Assembly: GCA_963681965.1 (NCBI GenBank)
Contig: OY820579.1
Location: 1,216,001 to 1,280,000, forward strand
Direction of reading: 5' to 3'
DNA length: 64,000 nt
Source of the DNA: a bacterium
Lineage (GTDB): Bacteria; Electryoneota; JAOADG01
Positions 57,226-64,000 of the stretch are shown here, in pieces. The notes beneath the pieces are model-generated. The model ran no database searches. It was not told where the DNA came from and saw nothing but the letters and a program-made list of their open reading frames with translations. How positions within the stretch are numbered: the first letter of the stretch is position 1; every line of letters begins with the position of its first letter. The translations under genes were made by a program, and so were the position numbers.

Positions 57226-57971
57226 TGAGCTATTTCGATACTGATAATTCTCATTCTGTATTCGGTGGTTCTTCACTGCGGCTGGTCGGCGACTCGACCA
57301 TGCCGAATGTCATCACTGGACACAGCAATTCCATAACAGTTATTAGCCGGGATTCGATAGTGATATCCGCATATGTTTTCGCACCGGCAATTAGTGCTGG
57401 CACAACCTTTACCGGTCGAATCGAATACATCGACCAGAACGGAAGTTCACTGGGAAGTGGGGATTGGCTTAAACTGACAGTTTCAAACAGCCAGTTTACT
57501 CGGTACTATGCGATCAAAGATATTACCACATTTCCCAATGAAACCGATGCAATTCAGCTATCATTTTCTCTGACCGAAGCTGCAGGGAAGCCGACAGGTA
57601 CGGTATATGTCGATTGTGTGAAATGCGAGTACGGAAACAAGCTGACCGGGTATTCCGAATCGGTGTTTTATGAAGAAATCTGCCAGCACATCGGTGGCTT
57701 CGGGATTCCGAAGATCGGAACATCGCAAATCGAAAACGATTCTATCACCAGTGAAAAGCTGGCAATCGACTTTACCAGTCTTGAGAAAATAACCGATACT
57801 GCAATACAGTTCGATGGTTCAACACTGACTACTAATAAGCAGTTAAGCATTTGCAATGGATTGGCAGCTAATGGTAAACCCGGCATTACACAGACAATCG
57901 AAGTTCCGGATGCTGGTGGCGGGATATACACCATCGCTATTACCGATGGCATCATTACGAGCATCACATGA
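57225..57971 (+). CDS. Fibre tip-like protein with an N-terminally incomplete CBM4/9-like domain (fibre gene C)
   Basis: TGATG coupling; FGGSSLRL...YVDCVKCEYG; two decapeptide repeats; C-terminal ITDGIITSIT. Confidence 0.72.
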   Translation: MSYFDTDNSHSVFGGSSLRLVGDSTMPNVITGHSNSITVISRDSIVISAYVFAPAISAGTTFTGRIEYIDQNGSSLGSGDWLKLTVSNSQFTRYYAIKDITTFPNETDAIQLSFSLTEAAGKPTGTVYVDCVKCEYGNKLTGYSESVFYEEICQHIGGFGIPKIGTSQIENDSITSEKLAIDFTSLEKITDTAIQFDGSTLTTNKQLSICNGLAANGKPGITQTIEVPDAGGGIYTIAITDGIITSIT

Positions 57972-58255
57972 GCGAACCGGAACACATCGAGCATTCGCTG
58001 TTAGAGCCACCATATTCCTGCCAGTACCACTTGGCAAAGATGGAACAGGTATCGCAGCAACTAGCCGATCTTCGCGATGCGGTGAAAGAACTTAACTCGT
58101 CGATCAAAGGAAATGGGAAAGAAGGTATCATCGTAAAAGTGGATCGTAATACCAATTTCCGGTTGTTGATGACGAAGCTGCTCTGGTTTTTGTTTACACC
58201 ATTGTATGGTGGATTGATCGCATTTGTTTTTCAACATTTTGTGGTACATCACTGA
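57968..58255 (+). CDS. Small membrane protein, holin/XhlA-like
   Basis: Coiled coil, GNGKEGIIVKVDR, C-terminal TM; precedes the holin. Confidence 0.55.
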   Translation: MSEPEHIEHSLLEPPYSCQYHLAKMEQVSQQLADLRDAVKELNSSIKGNGKEGIIVKVDRNTNFRLLMTKLLWFLFTPLYGGLIAFVFQHFVVHH

Positions 58256-58262
58256 GGTAAGT

Positions 58263-58679
58263 ATGAGCCTTTTAACTGCTGTTCCGATTGTAGGACAGAT
58301 CATCGAGAAAGCCGCCGGAATCATCGACAAGTGGGTCCAGGATAAAGATCTTGCTGCAAAATTGAATTACGATTTGCAGGCGCAGATGTTGTCGCTCGAC
58401 TATAGTGCACTCGAAAAGGAAATCGATGCCAAGGCGAAAGTGTTGGTAGCTGAGGTACAGGGTCAGAGTTGGTTACAACGCAACTGGCGACCATTGCTCA
58501 TGCTTGTATTTACCTACATTGTTGCGCACAACTATGTGATTGCACCGATCTTCAGTATTACCTCAGTGCCGGTGCCGGAACAGATGTGGACGCTCTTGAA
58601 CATCGGTATTGGCGGTTACATCGTCGGTCGCAGCGCCGAGAAAATTGCATCGGTCGTGAAAAAGGAAGATTCGAAATGA
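58263..58679 (+). CDS. Holin, 3-TM (GTA holin-like) family
   Basis: AEVQGQSWLQRNWRPLLM...LLNIGIGGYIVGRSAEK; GAGGT RBS before 58263. Confidence 0.85.
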   Translation: MSLLTAVPIVGQIIEKAAGIIDKWVQDKDLAAKLNYDLQAQMLSLDYSALEKEIDAKAKVLVAEVQGQSWLQRNWRPLLMLVFTYIVAHNYVIAPIFSITSVPVPEQMWTLLNIGIGGYIVGRSAEKIASVVKKEDSK

Positions 58680-59242
58680 CACTTAATGATATTGAATTTG
58701 TACCCGCAGCTGTTGGAAATTATTCTTCGCGTCCTCGTGGTATAGTGATCGATACTATCGTCATTCATTACACGGCGAACGGCAGTATCGAGGATACCAT
58801 CGCATGGTTCCAGAATCCGGTGAATAAAGTATCGGCGCATTATGTGATTGGTCTCGATGGTCGCATTGTTCGGATGGTGCAAGACGCGAAAAAAGCTTAC
58901 CATGCCGGTGTATCACAGTGGAACGGTCGTACCGGCGTCAATGAATTTTCCATCGGTATCGAACTTGTCAACTGGGGTCCAGTCAAATTGCGCAATGGTG
59001 CGTTTTTCGCATGGCCAAGTGATTATTCACATCCTTATAAAGGGGATATGCCTGTGCTTATTGAGTCTGAATACTGGCAACCCTACCCGGAACCGCAGCT
59101 AATTGCGCTCGAGCAACTGGTACAACTCCTCTGCGAAGAGTACCCAATTCAGTGGGTGGTAGGGCACAATGAGATAGCACCCGAACGCAAGATTGATCCA
59201 GGTCCAGCATTCCCGTGGGAGCGTTTTCGCTTTAAAGTTTGA
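58676..59242 (+). CDS. N-acetylmuramoyl-L-alanine amidase endolysin (Amidase_2/AmpD-like)
   Basis: IVIHYTA, VSAHYVI, AYHAGVS, SIGIELVN, GHNEIAPERKIDPGP; ATGA overlap with the holin. Confidence 0.92.
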   Translation: MTLNDIEFVPAAVGNYSSRPRGIVIDTIVIHYTANGSIEDTIAWFQNPVNKVSAHYVIGLDGRIVRMVQDAKKAYHAGVSQWNGRTGVNEFSIGIELVNWGPVKLRNGAFFAWPSDYSHPYKGDMPVLIESEYWQPYPEPQLIALEQLVQLLCEEYPIQWVVGHNEIAPERKIDPGPAFPWERFRFKV

Positions 59243-59811
59243 CACAATCGAAACATTTAACATTCTTCAATTTGAACTCCAACACTCTCATTTTTCCCTC
59301 TAGATTTGGTGAAGATTTACTTCGAATGTCCTAAGTAGGTATACATTGGTATTATTCCCTTTTCTCCAGCATCGATGCCAAGTCGATTGGCAGAACTGCT
59401 CATTTTGTGGTCTCCAATTTTCGAAAACATCGACTTGCTGGATCGCTTTGCTGCCCAAAGTCGATCAATATTTTGCTGACACCTAATTTTTATGTGGCAT
59501 ACAATTACTCGTGTAATGAAAGAAATTTACTAAATATCAACGCCTAAATTTCACTAATACTATTTTCAAAACAATGTGAGAAATTGATAGCTCTAGGAAG
59601 ATTCTGCAGAATATTTTATTTAGTATTGATAGCGGATGTCAATGATCTTACTTTATGACTAATTACAACGGATACATACTTGGGCGGCTTGCAGTGATTA
59701 AGATCGATGTAACCGAAAATCTTACTGGTTTACTGAGTATTCTGCGCCCATGCTTGAAGTGCTGGGCGTTTTCTTGTATGCTGAATTAGGTTAGAGGGAA
59801 GTGGAGGAAAG

Positions 59812-62382
59812 ATGCGAACGAATAGATTGATCCAGACGATCCTCGCAGTCGTTATCCTGATCGGTTCAGTATATGGTGTCAGTGTGCAATCGACGCGATT
59901 GCCACACCCATTCCAGTTTACCGAGAACAAGGGGCAATGGGATTCCGCCGTCCTCTATAAGTGTGAAGTGCGGCGCGATGGCTTCACCTGGTTCCTCGAA
60001 CGCGATGGTGTCACACTGGTTACGTCTGTGATCGATTCAACAAAACCCATTGACAATACCCGATTCAATCCGTTGGATCGCGATCTCCCACCGCGCTATG
60101 CGTTAAAATCGCATGCCCTCAAATTCAAATTCATCAGCGAATGCACGACACAAAAGGATGTCGGAATAAATTCCGACCTACGAAAATACACTTGCGCAAA
60201 ATCCATCGATGCACAAGGTGAACTATCGTGGCACAATAATTATTTCCTCGGAAATGATTCGTCGAAGTGGGCACCGGATTGTAGGAACTTTACATGTATC
60301 GTGTATCATGATGTCTGGGACGGCATCGATGTCGAGTGGTATGAGAGCAAAGGTCATCTTGAATTCGATTTCGTGGTACATCCCGGTGCTGATCCGAAAC
60401 AAATCAGGATGGTGTGTGAGGGATTGGAAGCGCCAATAGTAGGCGGTGGACGGACACTCTTGTCCGTCGACTCAATTAATTCTATCACAAAAAGGAGTCG
60501 GACAGGAGTGTCCGACCTCCTCTTATCAAATGAACTTTCGCTTCCCACCTCCCTCGGTGAATTACGGATGTCAATTCCGGGTGCATACCAAACCATTACT
60601 GATGGCACTCATGGAAACAATGTCACGGCACAATTCAAACTCGTGACGGGAAACGTCTTCGCTATCGATTTGCTGAATGGGTTCGATCCCTCTCAAACAC
60701 TCAGAATCGACCCGCTGGTGTATTCAACATATTTGGGCGATACGGGACAAGATAATGCATATTGTGCAACTGGAAATCGATCTACTAATTTATTCATTTC
60801 AGGCCTCACTTATAGTACAGACTTCCCGATATCTTCTGGAGCTCTACAAAATTCAATAAATGGAACTGAAGATGCATTTATTACACATATAAGTAATAGC
60901 GAGGCAATCGAATATAGTACTTATATCGGTGGATCAGATTTTGAGGAAAGTATCGCAATGGTTTCCGATGATAGTGGAAATATCGCTATCACTGGACAAA
61001 CACGAAGTACTAACTTTCCGATCACCAATTGGAGCCATTTTTATGGTGGAAATTATGATTGCTTCGTAACTAAAATTAACCATCTCGGATCTCAAATATT
61101 ATTCAGTACATATATCGGCGGTCCTCATGACGAGGATGGAAGAGGAATCATCACCGATGGAAATGGTGGAGTAATTATCACAGGTAAAACTGAAGGATTA
61201 TCCGAAGGATTCATCTCACCGAACGCATATCAACAGACTCAAGATGGATCCAATGATTGCTATCTAATTCACTTAAGCAATACTGGTAATCAAATTATTT
61301 ATGGTACGTATCTGGATGGCTCGACATTATCTGAAGGAAAGAGTTTAGTAGTTGATAATATCGGATCGATATCGGTCACCGGTACAACTTATAGTACTGA
61401 TTTCCCGGTAACTACGGGAGCGTTTGACACAACCTATAATGGAAGTAACAATGGTGATTGTTATATAACAAAATTAGGCCCAGACAGCTCATCATTAATT
61501 TTTAGTACCTTCCTTGGAGGGTCTGGATTCGATTGGGGGAATAAAATTGTTAATAACTCCGATAGTACTTTTACCATTCAAGGATTTACATCTAGCGTTA
61601 ATTTTCCAACAACTCCTGGTAGTTTCGATACTACTTTTAATGGTGATATCTGGGGTGACAATTTTATTGCAAAATTGAACGCTGCTGGTTCACATCTAAT
61701 TGTTAGTACATTTTTGGGTGGTTCCGGTTCAGAAGGTGGTTCGATGATTGCGAACGATCAAAATAGCTTTATTATCGCCGGGGGCACATCCAGTGTCGAT
61801 TATCCAACTACGGCTGGATGTTTTGATTCAACTTATCATGGTGGTGAATTCGATTGTTATGTGACTTGGATGAATAATTCTTGTTCGAATATTGTTTATA
61901 GCTCGCTATTCGGTGGTTCTTCCTATGATGCTGTACGGGGATTGATAGATCTAGGAAACTCAGAGTGCTGTTTAGTGGGAACGACCAACAGTTCTGATTT
62001 TCCTACAACAAATAACGCAATTGATACAACTTCTCGCGGTTCTTACGATGTATTTATTACTCGTTTTCTATTATCGCCAAACTCTTTATCGCCGGATCAA
62101 TTAAGAGAATTTAAACCGAGCAGATTCACACTTTATCCAAGCTATCCGAACCCGTTCAATAATTCGATAAATATTCGTTATGACATACACCAGAGTTGTA
62201 AAACGTCATTCGATTTGTTTGATTTAAATGGTAGAGAATTAATGAAATTAGAAAATCAATGGCAAGGACCTGGAAAATATAAATATCAATTATCTGCTAA
62301 AAATCTTACTTCTGGAGTTTACTTTCTTCGTATGAAAGTTGACAAGCAAATCACAACACAAAAGGTTGTTATTGTAAAATGA
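59812..62382 (+). CDS. Secreted SBBP beta-propeller repeat protein with secretion tail
   Basis: FTENKGQW N-domain, IDPLVYSTYLG, repeated GxTxSxDFP...D.FITK...STYIGG; YPNPFN tail. Confidence 0.88.
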   Translation: MRTNRLIQTILAVVILIGSVYGVSVQSTRLPHPFQFTENKGQWDSAVLYKCEVRRDGFTWFLERDGVTLVTSVIDSTKPIDNTRFNPLDRDLPPRYALKSHALKFKFISECTTQKDVGINSDLRKYTCAKSIDAQGELSWHNNYFLGNDSSKWAPDCRNFTCIVYHDVWDGIDVEWYESKGHLEFDFVVHPGADPKQIRMVCEGLEAPIVGGGRTLLSVDSINSITKRSRTGVSDLLLSNELSLPTSLGELRMSIPGAYQTITDGTHGNNVTAQFKLVTGNVFAIDLLNGFDPSQTLRIDPLVYSTYLGDTGQDNAYCATGNRSTNLFISGLTYSTDFPISSGALQNSINGTEDAFITHISNSEAIEYSTYIGGSDFEESIAMVSDDSGNIAITGQTRSTNFPITNWSHFYGGNYDCFVTKINHLGSQILFSTYIGGPHDEDGRGIITDGNGGVIITGKTEGLSEGFISPNAYQQTQDGSNDCYLIHLSNTGNQIIYGTYLDGSTLSEGKSLVVDNIGSISVTGTTYSTDFPVTTGAFDTTYNGSNNGDCYITKLGPDSSSLIFSTFLGGSGFDWGNKIVNNSDSTFTIQGFTSSVNFPTTPGSFDTTFNGDIWGDNFIAKLNAAGSHLIVSTFLGGSGSEGGSMIANDQNSFIIAGGTSSVDYPTTAGCFDSTYHGGEFDCYVTWMNNSCSNIVYSSLFGGSSYDAVRGLIDLGNSECCLVGTTNSSDFPTTNNAIDTTSRGSYDVFITRFLLSPNSLSPDQLREFKPSRFTLYPSYPNPFNNSINIRYDIHQSCKTSFDLFDLNGRELMKLENQWQGPGKYKYQLSAKNLTSGVYFLRMKVDKQITTQKVVIVK
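60159..60181 (-). repeat. GTAG-type REP-like palindrome inside the CDS
   Basis: Minus strand reads GTAG GTCGGAA TTTA TTCCGAC A. Confidence 0.7.
60445..60520. repeat. REPIN-like inverted doublet inside the CDS
   Basis: ggtggacggacactcttgtccgtcgactc ... gagtcggacaggagtgtccgacctcc: two palindromic units in inverted orientation. Confidence 0.7.
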
Positions 62383-62456
62383 GGTGGTACCCTCAGTTTG
62401 GACAGTTTTGTGCGAATCTTAGTTAGATTGCACCGCCCACTGTCTGCTGTTTCTTG

Positions 62457-63266
62457 TCAGGCAGCTGCCTGACAAGAAAGATTTCTTAGACTATCGGTGT
62501 AGACTTCATCTGGGGTTTGATAGCCCAAGCCTTGGTGCGAACGTTCGCTGTTGTAGAACGAAAAATACTCACCGATGCTACGCTCTGCAATGCGAACTGA
62601 ATCGTACCCTTTCAAGTATACTTCCTCGTACTTCAACGACTTCCACAACCGTTCGACAAAACGGTTATCCATCCACCGACCTTTACCATCCATACTGATC
62701 CGAACGCCTGCCTCTTTCAAAACATCCGTAAATGCGATGCTGGTAAACTGACACCCTTGATCGCTGTTGAAGATCTCAGGCTTCCCATACTTCGACAATG
62801 CTTCCGTCAGCGCTTCCACACAGAAATCGGTGTCCAGCGTATTCGAAAGTCGCCACGACAGTACTTTCCGGCTGTACCAATCGATCACCGCCACCAGATA
62901 CACAAAACCCCGAGCCAATGGGATGTACGTGATATCGGTTGCCCACACTTGATTCGCCCGATCTACCACAATATCGCGAAGCAGGTACGGATAAATCTTG
63001 TGTTCCTTGTCAGGAACCGTCGTACGCGGCTTGCGGTACAATGCTTCCAGACCGAGGATGCGTAGCAAGGAACGAACCTTTTTCCGACCAACATCGATAC
63101 CCTGCTTCGATAACTCCACCACCAGTTTACGGGCACCGTAGAACGGAACCTTCAGGTGAAGCTCATCCAGCGTTCGCAACAGCATCAATTTGTTCGAATC
63201 AAGCGGAACAGGGCGATAGTAGTAACTGCTGCGTGGAACCTTGATCAAAGAACACTGCTGAACCAA
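62457..63266 (-). CDS. IS3 OrfB DDE transposase
   Basis: [45 protein letters not shown]. Confidence 0.95.
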   Translation of the reverse strand: MVQQCSLIKVPRSSYYYRPVPLDSNKLMLLRTLDELHLKVPFYGARKLVVELSKQGIDVGRKKVRSLLRILGLEALYRKPRTTVPDKEHKIYPYLLRDIVVDRANQVWATDITYIPLARGFVYLVAVIDWYSRKVLSWRLSNTLDTDFCVEALTEALSKYGKPEIFNSDQGCQFTSIAFTDVLKEAGVRISMDGKGRWMDNRFVERLWKSLKYEEVYLKGYDSVRIAERSIGEYFSFYNSERSHQGLGYQTPDEVYTDSLRNLSCQAAA

Positions 63267-63289
63267 CGGTAAACGGGCACCCGGATCGA

Positions 63290-63592
63290 TCAGCGCTTCA
63301 CGCTCAGAACGCCCAAGCGACTGAGCCCCCGTGACAAAAAATCGTTCTCCATCGTTAACTGGCCAATCTTGGCGCGAAGCTCCTTAAGGTCTACTTCTTC
63401 ACTTCCTGACGACTCGGTCTTGCCAAACACCGATGCAGCATGATCCAAAAGCTGCCTCTTCCACTGGCTGATCTGATTCGGATGAACCTGATACATACTC
63501 GCCAGTTCCGATACCGTCTTGTCACCCTTGAGGGCTGCTAATGCTACCTTCGCCTTGAAATCAGGCGATAAGGTCCGTCGTAATCCCGACAT
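63290..63592 (-). CDS. IS3 OrfA
   Basis: FKAKVALAALKG...VHPNQISQWK...KIGQLTMENDFL; TTTTTTG slippery site at 63335..63341. Confidence 0.93.
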   Translation of the reverse strand: MSGLRRTLSPDFKAKVALAALKGDKTVSELASMYQVHPNQISQWKRQLLDHAASVFGKTESSGSEEVDLKELRAKIGQLTMENDFLSRGLSRLGVLSVKR

Positions 63593-63734
63593 TGTAAACT
63601 CCCTGCTTGCTGTCAAAATATCGGGCAAAGCAATCTAACTAACAAACTGTCCAGGAAAACGGGACCACTTCAAAATGAGGCCACTCTTACTATGCTCATC
63701 TTTAAAGAGTTGTCGATCAATTCAAGGAGGAAAG

Positions 63735-64000
63735 ATGCCCCGAATAGTTGGAATTATCGCTCTATATTTATGCATTTTTTCAATTTGTTACTCACAGACG
63801 ATTCGATTTCACGGTCGTCAGTGGCAACATTATTTTAATCATCGCAATTCAGAGGCAATTCCTTATCAAAAAGTCACTTTTAATGATGGTTTTATATCAA
63901 ATCAAGTTAGGTTAAATGGTCTGAAGCGCGATAATTGGAATCCTGATCAACCGTATTGGTATGCAAACGATGCAGCATTGGTTTTTTCTTCAGGAAATCA
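63735..64000 (+). CDS. Secreted protein, 5' fragment running off the window
   Basis: AAGGAGG RBS; MPRIVGIIALYLCIFSICYS signal peptide; frame open to the end of the window. Confidence 0.65.
   Translation, partial: MPRIVGIIALYLCIFSICYSQTIRFHGRQWQHYFNHRNSEAIPYQKVTFNDGFISNQVRLNGLKRDNWNPDQPYWYANDAALVFSSGN

Larger units (their letters stand above)
44767..59242 (+). mobile_element. Rearranged prophage or phage-like element (head, neck, fibre and lysis modules)
   Basis: Co-oriented, tightly coupled protease/scaffold, capsid, neck, fibre, holin and amidase genes; boundaries approximate; no att pair found. Confidence 0.85.
62380..63672 (-). mobile_element. IS3-family insertion sequence, 1293 bp, 3-bp AAA target duplication
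   Basis: IRs TGAGGTGGTACCCTCAGTTTGGACAGTTT and TGAAGTGGTCCCGTTTTCCTGGACAGTTT; sub-terminal TTAGTTAGATTGC at both ends; AAA at 62377-79 and 63673-75. Confidence 0.95.

Noticed and set aside
59243-59811. Prophage attR or tRNA integration site
   Set aside because: No tRNA-like structure and no direct repeat matching the left side was found by eye

Overview
Chromosomal window from a Gram-negative bacterium. Eight proteins end in a 'YPNPFN...K' secretion-tail domain (or a remnant of it), suggesting an FCB-group lineage; the taxon is inference. From left to right: the end of a wbpB-wbpD-wbpE (UDP-2,3-diacetamido-2,3-dideoxyuronate) cluster plus a Wzi-like gene; divergent phoU-phoB-phoR and porin-pstSCAB operons with visible 11-bp-spaced Pho boxes; two giant secreted modular proteins; an ECF sigma/anti-sigma/Spy locus with a secreted metallophosphoesterase, a DUF1566-FGE protein and two arylsulfate sulfotransferases, tied together by three copies of one ECF promoter motif; a chimeric pseudogene; a 1618-aa S8 protease; an IS3 element; a rearranged ~14.5-kb phage-like region; an SBBP-repeat protein with in-frame REP-like palindromes; and a second IS3. 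The phage-like region has head, neck, fibre and lysis genes but no recognisable portal, large terminase, tail tube, sheath, tape measure or baseplate. The most unusual signal is in its three fibre genes: a CBM4/9-like domain is split at the same point across two consecutive gene boundaries, suggesting strand complementation between proteins. All family assignments come from motif recognition by eye; no database searches were run.
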